Positions 1-12,105 of a DNA stretch of 64,000 nt are shown piece by piece. Each line of letters opens with the position of its first letter. The first letter of the stretch is position 1. Both the position numbers and the translations under genes were made by a program. Under the pieces are notes generated by a model that was given only the letters and a program-made list of their open reading frames with translations, searched no databases and was not told the origin of the DNA. Source of the stretch: Callorhinchus milii (taxonomy: Eukaryota); the NCBI RefSeq assembly GCF_018977255.1, contig NW_024704752.1, positions 8,804,001 to 8,868,000 of the forward strand, in the 5' to 3' direction.

Positions 1-959
1 CATCATCTCCATGGGATTTTGCTAGTACGATTACCATGTTGACCTACTAAAATTGTCACTTCGCTTGACAGTAATTACTTGTGAAGGACTTCAAGATGTT
101 TTAATGCGATAAGCCACTATAAAAAGTTCTCTCTTTTTTCAGTCTATTCCAGTTTCACACTGTAAAAATAACCACCCTGTTTCTGTTCTGTCTACAGCCG
201 TTTGACTTCAGTGATAGAAACTGCAAAGATAAAGTCACAGGCTGGAAGAACGCAATCTAACTGTACCCAAGCTTTCTCATTACTTTCCAAAAACATGTCA
301 GACTCCTCAGTTTAAGGTGTCGCCTGAACCCCTAGACACATTACTGCCTTGTGATACATTACCATTAATGTGTTTTTTTTTAGATCAATCTACTTTAGCT
401 CAATTTCCTCTGTAATTTCTGAAAGCATACACATCTGTGATCAGTTAACATTTCTGCGTTCTTTTCTCCTCCCAATTTGTTTTGGTTAGTCTCTCTTTCG
501 CTCCATTTCCCTATTTCCTCACATGCCACCCTCCTGCTGAGAAACTCAGGCAGTGATCAGGCTATAGCGATCTGAACTCATAAGCTAAGCAATAAACCAT
601 TTCCCTTGAAGTGCTCATCTCCATTGGACACTGGTACCATTTTTCCAATCCCTTTCCTCAATTGCATCTGCACCCACCAATAGTCTTAACTTTTCCCAGA
701 CGCTAACATTGAATATCCATACATCATCTATTACATTTTTCCCCAACAATAATGACTCAAACTGAGGGATGGTTGGCTCTCTATTTTTCACATGTGAGCC
801 TGGACTGAGAGTCTGGGCATGTAGAGCAAATGTGAAAGAACAGACCAGCCCAATCTCAACGTCATCCAACAACCTCACACACACTTTTCAGCAGGAGGTT
901 ACTGAACAATCTGGGAGCAGAAGCCCTGGCTTACTTTTCAATTCGACATTCATTTGTGA

Positions 960-1337
960 AGTCCTGTAGCTTAGCTGTTAGAGCACGCGCCTTGCATGAG
1001 AGAGGACCTGGGTTTGATTCCCGGACAGGGTGAAGTGATAGGCAAGTTTCTTACTCAACACGACTCTGTTTACCAAGCAGTAAGTAGGAACTTGGTTGTT
1101 AGTCAATTGGCAAATCATTTTTCCGTGGTTAATGATCCTTTAAAAAAAAGTTTAAAAAATAAGAATTTGGTCTCTCAATCCACGACTGTGTATGGGACAC
1201 TGCTGTGCACAATTGGCTGCCACGTTTCGCCCACAAACTATACAACCAATTCATTCAAAAGTATATTCTGTGAAGCTCTTTGAGACGTTTCAAAGACGTT
1301 ATAAGGTGCTATATCAAATGCAAGGATTATTATTATT
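960..1337 (+). mobile_element. tRNA-derived SINE, subfamily B (carries GTTTACC..GCAGTAAGTAGGAAC..GTTGTTAGTC segment), near full length
   Basis: tRNA-like head GTCCTGTAGCTTAG..GGTTTGATTCCC, Deu-like core GGGACACTGCTGTGCACAATTGGCTGCC, tail GCTATATCAAATGCAAGG(ATT)n. Confidence 0.85.
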
Positions 1338-2107
1338 AACCTAACTCAGACCAGCTAATACAGCACAGACTAGTGAGTGAATCTGGGATCATCCTGATCT
1401 AGGCTGTGTATAATTGAACCAACGTAGAGAAACGCATTGAGTACTCTAAAACTCAAAGTATGAAGCTATGAATGTCTGGTGGAATTCTACAAAGAACTTA
1501 AAGGATTTTTTTTACATACATCTACAGGAATCTTCAGCTGATATTTCTGAGAATATGATTCTTGGTATTTTAAGGTATTTATTTTATTTAACTAAATGCC
1601 TGAAAAAAGTTGATATTATTTTAAATTTGTATCATTAATTCAGGAAGATTAGCTTAATTGCAGATCCTAATTTGTGGGAAAGGGTGAACTTTACAAGGGC
1701 TAATGCACGACTAACTGCTTTAATGACTGGGAGTGGTGCAAAGGATTAAACAGTTCACTGTATCACTGCACCAAGCAAAATTACAAAACACAGAGAGAAA
1801 CAGCGCAGTAGTATAGGAATGTTAAATGAGGCACTCGCTTTTGAAAAAATATTTTAAAAGTTATAAATGGTCAGATAACTTCAAGCAAGGATGATTCGAG
1901 CTCACTTCATGTTCCCTTGTCCTAAAACCCATAGACTTGAGGCATTGGTTTGATTTTCCACATGCCTCATCCTTCACTGGTTTTGAAGTGACCTTATCTG
2001 CAATCTAGTGCAATCCTCGAGAGAGCTCAGAATCCATCAATTACAGAAATAACAGGCATGAGACTCGGGAAATCACTTTCCTTTGCTCCAAGGCTTATTG
2101 TGCGTCA

Positions 2108-2522
2108 GCTGCCTCAGTTGGAATCACTCTTACCTCTGAGTCAGAAGATTGTGGGTTCAACCCCACGTTGGGTACTTGAAACTCTAGTTTAGAGTGACAT
2201 TCCAATTCAGTGCTGTGGGAGAGCTATAGTGGCGCAGTTGTCGTACTTCAGATGAGATATTAAATGGAGGTCCCGTCTGCCTATTCAGATGGACGTTAAA
2301 TAGTACTGTTCAAAAATAGAAGGGATTTTCTTCCAGTGTCATGGGCAACATTCCCCAGATTAAATTGGTCATTTACCTCATGACTGTTGCTTTGTGCAAA
2401 ATTGGTTGCCGTGTTTGTTCAAACAAAAAAAAGTCACTCCACTTTACAATATATCTTGTAAGCACTTTGAGACGTCTTTTGTGAAAGACTATATACCAAA
2501 TGTAAGGATTGTTGTTATTATT
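2108..2522 (+). mobile_element. Older SacSINE1/DeuSINE-like element
   Basis: Head CTCAGTTGG..CTCTGAGTCAGAAGATTGTGGGTTCAA, body TCAGATGAGATATTAAA.GGAGGTCCCGTCTGCC, same 3' core and tail as the other SINEs. Related copies at ~15650-16030 (+), ~24890-25290 (-), ~41030-41300 (+), ~57480-57756 (+). Confidence 0.75.
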
Positions 2523-5500
2523 AATTATCCTATTTGGGCTGACCTGTTTCCCTTCAGGGGGAAGCAAAGGGAAGAGGGAAGAACTGCAACTTTTAGTTCC
2601 AATAACTAGCACTGGAAATTGTTAGCTTCTTTTTCTTGACGGTTTACATCTCACAACTTCAGTGTTTTTCCCCAAGTAAATGCCATTCAGTAAGGGATTA
2701 TAGCAATTTTACAGCAATCATCACTTTCAGTGATAACCATACAATGTAGGACCTACTTGAAGGCACTCTCATAGAAGAATATTGTATTGAAAAACTGCTT
2801 TCAACTGTTCTGCTTACAGGTTAATAATAATAATAATCATAATAATAAGGTGTATTGCAATTGATATATACTCTGGAAATTAGCTAATATTCCAAAGTAG
2901 TTTTTTATATGAACGCATTTTACAAAACTCTGTTTTTCAGAGTAAATCATCACTAATGCTAAAACGGTTGCAGCATTATGTTGCACACTACTCACGGAGG
3001 ACCACTATTCTCATCTGAAGTATTTAAAAAGCCTGATCAATTGGCAGTTCTGCTCTTTGCTGCTTGTGTGACGTTGTTGACACAGATAAGGGGCCACATT
3101 TGCCTTACAGAAATCACTGTGCTACAAAGAACAACAATAAAGATGCTTCAATGTGAGAAGACACAACTATGAAAGCATTAACACATGATTATAAGAGAGG
3201 TTTGGATGAAGAAGACCCTTTGGCCCATTTGACCTCATCCTTCCAGATTATATACCCTACCGTTCTCCTATCACAGCATGAATGAGTCAGAATTTTTAAA
3301 CAAGTCCTGAGTTCTGCCCTCAACCACCTTTTAGAAGGGGCTGGGGGGGAGGGCGGGGGGGGAGAATTGGACATTTATACCACATGTACAGCCATATTAT
3401 TAATGTCACTATAATATTGCAACACAATACTATACATTTAAGAGCTCAAAATGTTTTTCACTAAGACTGCAGTGAAGATCTTGCTGTTGAAACAAATCAT
3501 TCAAGTGAAAATGTTTCTTTCACTGTATGAAAACCTGAAATGATGCAAACTCTTTGCTTTTGAATCTATCAAATACCGATTAAACCAAGGTTCTGTTCAG
3601 TTTGAGATATTGTGAAAGGAAGGAAGGGGTGGTGGTCACAAGACTGATCCTGGCTGTGAAGTATAGATCAGGGTGGTCATCCTGTTACCTCTCCTCAGAC
3701 ATCAACATAGATTTTAATTATTCAAACAAAAAAAGGGGATTTTACATTGAAACATGTCCCTACAAAGCTGCAGCGAGATTTGTGTGTGGGTTTTAACAGG
3801 AACTGAGAAGCCTCCAGGACATTGTTTTCAACAGTAACATCTTTTCGCTCCAAAGATCATGTTTCAGCTGAATTTTATTCAAAGAATCATTTCCCTCTTA
3901 CTCTACGAATACAATTTTATGAACAAATGAATAGAATTTTAGGCTCCAGAAAAGTTTTCCTGTAACGTGCATGCATTGTGTGGTTATGTTTATTTTCCTC
4001 AGCCTGTAAACATGTTACAAGTCATAACTGTGCACTGACTTAGTAGCTCTGTACTGGAGATGCCATCCATTGAATGGAAATTGAATTGAGGTTCTGCTGG
4101 ATATTAAATGTCCCACTAACTCTTCAAACAAAGACTTAATACTGTGCAAAAGTCTCCCGATGCCCTGACCAATATTTCTCCCTTATCCAAATACACAAGG
4201 ATTGAGATTTATTGATCAATTATCTCATTACTATGAGACTCACCTATAAATGCAATCACGACACTTTACAGAAAACTTTGTGAAGGGCATTTAGACATTT
4301 TGATGCGATAGGGTGATGTATCAAATGCAAGTATCATTTATTTGTGTTACAGTTACATTTGACTGAATAACAGCCACTACATTTATTATTATTATTATAC
4401 TTAAACATATTATCCTCCTCTTAAACAGATTTGAATGATAATTTATAAGAGAGAGCTTGTTTGGCTATTCCTTTGCACAATGTGAAGATTGGCATTTTCA
4501 TTCTAACTAGCACACGCGTGCTAAAACTTTATTATCTTTAAGAGGTTTTGCATGTAACATTCCTCCCTATCTTTGAAAGAGCCTTGTCTATATTGTAAGC
4601 GAGGCCTGTGGCCCTCTGTTGTCTTGGGTCATTCATTTCAATCAAAACGGTGAATCAACAACCACAGGCAAGCTGCTGGAATGAACTGAGGGGAATCGTT
4701 TGACTCCACAACCAAGGCCAAAGTTCCCAGCTGTCAAGCCCTGTGCACGAACCGCCAATCACCCATGACATGGCGGACAGTCCATCTGACACCAGTCGTA
4801 TCGGAGGATGGGTTTGGAATGTGCTGAAGGGATTTCAACTGAACAGAGCTCTACACCGTACAAGAGAATGCATTAGGCAAAGTGCTAACTTAGATTATAC
4901 AAGTAGGAGAAACAGAATTCATGTCTTAAGGCTAGGAAACGAGTAATGGGGCACCCAGTTTAACTCAACAGGTAGCAATTAGTGTGCAATTCATGTTTAA
5001 ATCAACACCAGGTTCCACTCAGCGCTGGGCATCAAACCAGGACCCTGCCCTCCAGTGGTGACAGCTTCAGTTTAGAGCTAAGGAATGCTGGCAATCTTTA
5101 TGCACAATGCGAGTCCATACTTAAAATGATGCCAAAGATTTTTTAATAACAAACATGATAAGGTAGTTCAAGTAAAACTGTGTCAAGCAAAGGGTTTCGG
5201 AAAAGTGTTTCATATAGTTGTATAGAGTGATACTGCATGGAAACAGCCCAACTGATCCGCATTAGGGTTTATACTCCACAAGAGTTTTATTCTCTTCTAC
5301 TTCATGTATGCAGCAAGTTTTCTCCCAAATGTATTGATGTTATTTGCTTCAACCACAGTTTCCAGCAGTGAGCTCCACACTGCATCAAGCAAGCTCTTGG
5401 ATTAGTTAAGTCTCAGACCAAAACTGAGAGGTTGGCAAGGTTTACTGATTGGGCATCTTAACAAAGTTAGAGAACCAGGTCTCAAAACTAATGTGACAGT

Positions 5501-7289
5501 ATTAATAAGAGAAAGAGATGGATTCTGAGACATTCTATGTTTTATTAAAAACAGCACGAAAGAGGATTTATTCCAAGTTCCTTAGTGGGTTTTTCAAGAG
5601 GGTCTGGCCAATAAAGCATCACGAAACACATGCACCTCCGATATCAACATACTGTGCTGTACTAGGCAAAGGTGATGTCTCTATAGACCTTGCACCAGAG
5701 GAATCATATCATATGTCATATTACTGACAGAGCAGAACAGCAGCAGGTATTAAGATAGGCTCCAGCGTTGCTTTTAGATATTACAGTTGCTCTGATGCCA
5801 AAGGTTTAGAGGTCCCAGGCACAGGTTTCAGATAAATGGAACTGATTCTTCTTTAGCACTGTGCAGGGAGTAGGGTCTACTAACAGGAAACATTAAAATC
5901 AATTTGGGAGGTAGTTGTAGTCTCTTGCTTTATATGGATAACATTATATGGTATAGTTCACAGACTGGGAATAGGCGAAGTTCAAATCAAAGCCAACATC
6001 TGGCTGCTCCTGGATAATTTGGAAGATGGGTTTCATATATATCTTATGCCTGGTTATACTGCACAGTTGGGGTGGTTTCAAATCTATTCTCATGACGCAC
6101 CGACAATAAAAGTGCTGATTTACTGTTGAGGAATGAAAATGATGCACTGGCTGTAGCATAAATCCTGTTTATGCTGCAACAATTTTAAAACAATTTACTT
6201 TCAAAGTTCTTGGGTGGTCCATGGGACTGTCCTAAACCTTCCAAATGTTTAGGAGTCTGGCACAGTTGGTCACGCGACCGGCTTCTTAATAACATTAACC
6301 ATAGCCAGTGTTTGGCACCAGTTAGCAGAGCTGTCCTCAGGCCTGATTTCAAAGCAGGACATTTAAATCTGGATTCTTGCTCCTAATCTTTTTAACAATG
6401 GAAGTGAAATAAAATCTCTCCAGTACAACACCACCACCCCCTTGCATTTATTTAGCAGCCTTCACACAGGGTAAAGTTTGTGCAAATCCACCAGTTGGCT
6501 ATTCCTCTGTGATTTTTCTCTCAGCAGGGCCGAGAAGCTTATATTCCATTTTATCTAAGAATGCATATGAATGATAATAATAATCCTTGCATTTAGTACA
6601 ATGACAACATCAAAGCAGTTCAAACGTGCATCAGAAGGAATTGTTGAGTAATGTGGTTGGTGCATATTTTGTAGGCAAATGCGTTAGTTTGTGCACAGCA
6701 AATCCCCACAGTTAGCCATGGTGCGAATGACCAATGTTACCTGGGAGATTGTTGGTCAAAAGAAGGCAACTTGTCTTTTTCATGAGCTGAAAGTTAATAT
6801 GAAAAGATGGAGTGAACCTTGGTTTGTCATCTTCTCTGATGAAAAATTATACTGCATCAGCATTCACATCAGCACAGAATCATCATGGCAACAGCAGCTT
6901 TAACCCAGAACAAGTCTAACATACAAACGCTGAACCACTTGACTGGAAGTGCAACCAGTTTCACATCACTGAGCAAGCACCGAATCCCGATAGACCAAAC
7001 CCATCCCTTGAATAGAATTCCCAATCTGATTATGCACTGTAACAAACATCCAGCCTCACTCTTCAATGACAGACTAAACATAATCAAGCTACTGCCAAGC
7101 TATATACATTTTAGACACTTGATCCCTTTGGTGCAAAACACATTTGTTTTCATTGAATCAGGTGGTGAATGATTGCATAGGTCATGGAGCAATGATTCGC
7201 AAACTTATTTTTTCCCACAACCTTTCAAACCCCAGGCTTAGCATCACCTAATTCTCACATTTGGCTCACCTTTTCTCCTACTCACATCA

Positions 7290-7686
7290 ACAATAATAAA
7301 TTGGTCATTTTCAATCTACAACTGTTTGTGGGACATTGCTGTGTGCAATTGGCTGCCGCGTTCACCCACAAATGTACAATCAATTCACTTTATAGTATCT
7401 TCTGTGAAGCGCTTTGGGATGTCCTCCCGACGTGAAAAGCGCTATATCAAATGCAAGGATTACTATTATTATTATTATTAACCTTGCACTAAACACCTTT
7501 GACACTCTTAACCAGGTGTCTCGATAATTTCTACTTGTCACGACTCCTGCTCAGTGCTCAGGCAGCTGCACTGTTTCGCCCACAAAATACACAGTCAATT
7601 CACTTCACAGTATATTCTGTGAAGCGCTTTGAGGCGTCTCAACAAAGTAATAAGGCACTATATCAAATGCAAGTATTATTATTATT
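7290..7686 (+). mobile_element. Two 5'-truncated SINE 3' halves in tandem
   Basis: 7290-7480 and ~7575-7686 both end in GCTATATCAAATGCAAG plus (ATT)n. Confidence 0.85.
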
Positions 7687-8109
7687 AACATCCTTCAGTT
7701 GAGATATTAAACAGAGATCTCATCTATGTAGAAAGCTTAATGTAGGGTAATTGTTAAACTCTTGACTGGTAACTGTACAATAGCTCAGGGGATAAGGACT
7801 CCACTTAGGACAAATGCTCTAGATTCTATAAATACAATCTTGTTGTTGTTGTAGGTCAGTTATGAAAGTTAATGGCACAGAAACAGCAACAGACGCAGAC
7901 AGAACCACTGCAGCTGTGCCCATACTGTACCCTCCCAGACTGTTGCATGGTGGCTATTCAAAATAACCACAATCATGAAAAGACATTATAAAGAAAACAA
8001 ACTGTTCAGAATTGAGAATAAAGCAACAATTTAATCGTCACTCTCCCCCCTCACGATTTAGGTTGTCACGAGTACAAACTAAATGAATGTTTTCCGATGA
8101 ACTGAAGTT

Positions 8110-8410
8110 TGGCAGTGGGTTAGTCTGCTCTGCTTTCACCTCAGGGGCCTGGTTTGAATCCAGCCCAGATCAATCTGCTGAATGTTGCTCCTTTTCAAAG
8201 ACTTTAAACAGTCTCAACCCAATTCCTAGTGGGCCAGAGTGCACAGCTCAGAACTGCTCGTAAATTGGCACTAATTTGTAGGTCTCACTCGCAGAGACTT
8301 TAAGGGTGGATGGTGTGGGAAATTCAAACAGCACTTGTGTAGCTTTAGGTGAAGGATGCGGCATTACGCAGAGAGAGCTTTAAACCTGCTTCAAAACCGT
8401 ACCATGTCTA
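8110..8410 (+). mobile_element. Ancient LF-SINE-like element
   Basis: Ordered blocks CTTTCACCTC (8133), AATCCAGCCCAG, GTCTCAACCCAATTCCTAGTGG (8211) and AATTGGCACTAATT (8263) match the coelacanth LF-SINE consensus as I recall it. Confidence 0.6.
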
Positions 8411-9918
8411 TCACGGGAGTGTTTGATGCACGCAAAACCTTCTGGATGTTTTAGAGTGATTGCTTCTGAGGTGTGGCCACATAGAATTACAGTCACAGCT
8501 TTTATTACTGCAGGGGGAACAAATTGATGGGCTGCGGAATCCTCCATAAAGTTCTCTCAGCAACAAAAGCTCCAGCACCATCCACTTGCAGATCACGCCT
8601 CACGACCTAGATTCTCGCTCACAGCACATCAAAGAGCCATTCAGCTCTGTAATAACATTAAGCATTATAACACAAGGTATCAGAGAAGGCGCAGGTCCAG
8701 AACCAATGTATTTGCTCACTGTGGAAGAGATGTTGCTTCTCTACCATCAGCATAAAGGGGGCATCTGTTCCTGCAATCCAGCGCCAGAAACTCTGACCAA
8801 CCTATACACTGGTTGTAACAGAAAAATAATGAGTGTTTTTTTTCACGCACACAGGTAAAGTAGGATTGAATAAAAATCTGCACCTCCAAACCAAGAGCAA
8901 CGCGTTACATTTATATAACGCCTATCAACGCCGGGAGGACGTCCCAAGACGCTGCCCAGTCAGGGATTTGGACCCGAAACAGAATCGAAGTTCAATCGTC
9001 AGATTAAAATATTAAAAATAAGTTTGTTGAATTTCCAACATTGGCTGAATTATGTTTAATTCTCACAGCAGTTCAGAGAATCGATAAGACTCATCTGCAG
9101 GAAACAATCCTGTTTAAATACTGGCTGTACAACAGGTGATTAGGAGAGGGGATTGAGCTTTCCACTAATAATTCCACTAATAATTCAACAGCGATTTACA
9201 TCAGCAACTTTTCAAGTCCAAGAAACAAGAAAAATGGGCAATGTGATGTTAGATGAATTTCCCTGAGAACTTACTCACTGGAACAAAAAGCTTGAACGCG
9301 AACACTGATATTGCACAGGATCACGTTTGTCGGATTGGGGGTGTTTTCTGTCACTGTCTGCACACCCCACCAGGGAATAGGAGTCGGCAATTATGTTTGT
9401 GAGTGGAATATATATTCAAACAAAGCTCAGGACAGATCCTGGTTGAGTTTGGACGAGTGAGGAGCTCGGATAACCCATTGCATCTTTTGTGCTGCGTTAC
9501 TTTGATGCAGAAATTGCTACAAAAAAAAACAGTGCAACTGTATAAAAGCTCTATTTATTTCCTGTAATACTATACTGTTAATAAAATGACATGTGTTAAT
9601 TGTACGCAGAGCATTCCCAGACATTTGCTTTCGTGCAAAGGAATTTCTCTCCAAATGTTCACAAAGTCTTGTGACTCTTTTTTTCTTTGCAAAAAATCTC
9701 AAGAATATAAACATCAAACTATCTGTCGGGACCTGAATTTTTTTTAATGCTTTAAAACGTTTTTTTAATTCGATCTCCGTCAGGGGTTACATTGCACACC
9801 CGTTTCAAACACTTTCTGCACCAAACACCGACCTACCGGGGAAGGTGTGAAAGCTGCAAAGAAGTGCAGATCTTCGGAAAAACTTCCTAAAGCGATGATA
9901 ACTTTCCGGGGAAAAAAC

Positions 9919-10123
9919 NNNNNNNNNNNNNNNNNNNNNNNNNNNNNNNNNNNNNNNNNNNNNNNNNNNNNNNNNNNNNNNNNNNNNNNNNNNNNNNNNN
10001 NNNNNNNNNNNNNNNNNNNNNNNNNNNNNNNNNNNNNNNNNNNNNNNNNNNNNNNNNNNNNNNNNNNNNNNNNNNNNNNNNNNNNNNNNNNNNNNNNNNN
10101 NNNNNNNNNNNNNNNNNNNNNNN
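9919..10123. other. Assembly gap (205 N)
   Basis: Run of n characters. Confidence 1.
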
Positions 10124-10307
10124 TTTTCAGAGAACTTTGTAAAGTGCTTCCCTGGTTGTTGTGGGGGGTTACTTCTTTTTTTTTTTGGGGGGGGGGGGGA
10201 GGATGGGGGAGGATGGGGGGGAGTAGAGAGATGAAATCTATCTTCTTCCCACTTTAAAGGAGGGGTTTCAGCTCTTCCATCCTAGTTCCTAATCTGCTCT
10301 TTCTCTG

Positions 10308-10422
10308 CACCCCAACACCCCCCCAACCCCGCACACCCCCCAACCCCGCACCCCCCCCGGGACACCCCGCACCCCCCCCGGGCCACCCCGCACCCCCCCC
10401 GGGCCACCCCGCACCCCCCACC
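10308..10422. repeat. Short C-rich tandem repeat (~21 bp unit CCCCGCACCCCCCCCGGGCCA) at the start of anosmin-like intron 1
   Basis: About 5 imperfect units; forms G-runs on the transcribed (-) strand right after the splice donor. Confidence 0.8.
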
Positions 10423-10432
10423 TGCCTCTTAC

Positions 10433-10591
10433 CTGCAGGTTTCTGAAGGAGCCGCTGAGCTGAGCGATGCGGAGCCCCAGACACCGTGAGGTGCACCGGG
10501 CTCGGGAGTAGCTGCCGGAGGAGGAGGAGGAGGAGGTGTCCGCCCACCCCGGGGAGCAGAGGAGCAACACGGGGAGTACCAGCAGCCGCAT
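10433..10591 (-). CDS. ANOS1: First coding exon of an anosmin-1 (KAL1)-like gene; downstream exons not located in this window
   Basis: ATG at 10591-10589, 53 codons: MRLLVLPVLLLCSPGWADTSSSSSSGSYSRARCTSRCLGLRIAQLSGSFRNLQ, then a phase-0 GTAAGA donor at 10432. Signal peptide plus a match to human anosmin-1 [30 protein letters not shown], whose exon 1 ends at the same position. May be a paralog rather than the 1:1 ortholog. Confidence 0.85.
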
Positions 10592-10654
10592 CCCACCCGC
10601 ACCTGCACTCCCTGTCACTGACTCCGGGGCAACACAGCGGCCAACAGCTGGTCC

Positions 10655-12105
10655 CCAGGCCCCGCCCACTGCAGCCAGGCCCCGCCCACTGCAACCAGGC
10701 CCCGCCCACTGCCACCAGGCCCCGCCCACTGCAACCAGGCCCCGCCCCACTGCAACCAGCCCCGCCCACTGTAACTAGGCCCCGCCCCACTGCAACCAGC
10801 CCCGCCCACTGCAACCAGGCCCCGCCCCACTGCAACCAGGCCCCGCCCACTGCACCCAGGCCCCGCCCCACTGCAACCAGGCCCCGCCCACTGCAACCAG
10901 GCCCCGCCCCACTGTAACCAGGCCCCGCCCACTGCAACCAGCCCCCGCCCACTGCATCCAGGCCCCGCCCACTGCAACTAGGCCCCGCCCACTGCAACCA
11001 GGCCCCGCCCATTGCAACCAGCCCCCCTGCCCACTGCAACCAGCCCCGCCCACTGCAACCAGCCCCGCCCACTGCAACCAGCCCCGCCCACTGCAACCAG
11101 GCCCCGCCCCACTGCAACCAGGCCCCGCCCACTGCAACCAGGCCCGCCCACTGCAACCAGGCCCCGCCCACTGCAACCAGCCCCGCCCACTGCAACCAGG
11201 CCCCGCCCCACTGCAACCAGGCCCCGCCCACTGCAAACAGTTCCGCCCACTGCCACCAGGCCCCGCCCACTGCAACCAGGCCCCGCCACTGCAACCAGCC
11301 CCGCCCACTGCAACCATCCCCTTCCGCCCACTGCAACCAGGCCCCGCCCACTGCAACCAGGCCCCGCCCACTGCAACCAGGCCCCGCCCACTGCAACCAG
11401 GCCCCGCCCCACTGCAACCAGCCCCGCCCACTGCAACCAACACCCCGCCCACTGCAACCCGCCCCCCACCCACTGCAACCAGCCCCCCGCCCACTGCAAC
11501 CAGCCCCCCCCGCCCACTGCAATGAGGCCCCGCCCACTGCAACCAGGCACCGCCCACTGCAACCAGCCCCCCGCCCACTGCGTCCACTGCAACCAGCCCC
11601 CCCGCCCACTGCAACCAGCCCCCCACCCACTGCAACCAGCTCTCCCGCCACTGCAACCAGCCCCGCCCACTGCAACCAGCCCCGCCCACTTCAACCAGCC
11701 CTCCACCCACTGCAACCAGATCCCATCCCACCCACTGCAACCAGCCCCCCCGTCCACTGCAACCAGCCCCCCCGCCACTGCAACCAGCCCCCCGCCACTG
11801 CAACCAGCCACGCCCACTGCAACCAGCTCCTGCCCACTGCAACCAGCCACCCCCGCTCACTGCAACCAGCCCCCCCGCCCAGTGCAACCAGCCCCCCGCC
11901 CACTGCAACCAGCCACCCCGCCCACTGCAACGAGCCCCCCCACCCACTGCAACCAGCTCCGTCCACTGCAACCAGCCCTGCCCACTGCAACCAGCCCCCC
12001 CGCCACTGCAACCAGCACCCCGCCACTGCAACCAGCCCCCACCCACTGCAACCAGCCCCACCCACTGCAACTAGCCCCGCCCACTGTAAACCGGGCCCTG
12101 CCCAT
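10655..12105. repeat. GC-rich minisatellite, ~19-23 bp unit GGCCCCGCCC(C)ACTGCAACCA, roughly 65-70 copies
   Basis: Directly visible tandem array; units are uniform at the 10.7-kb end and more degenerate toward 12.1 kb. Explains the long low-complexity ORFs on both strands. Confidence 0.97.

Noticed and set aside
4750-6330. Minus-strand WCQ codons (~4790, ~6315) as anosmin exon 2
   Set aside because: Neither continues as NHKQCSK-like sequence with proper splice sites; exon 2 is probably left of the window, in the gap, or missed.
1-9900. Short ORFs in the left 10 kb
   Set aside because: No splice-bounded coding signal or recognisable homology; consistent with the repeat-rich intron 1 of the anosmin-like gene.
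10655-12105. Repeat array as a CRISPR-like locus
   Set aside because: No unique spacers, no cas genes, and a vertebrate context.
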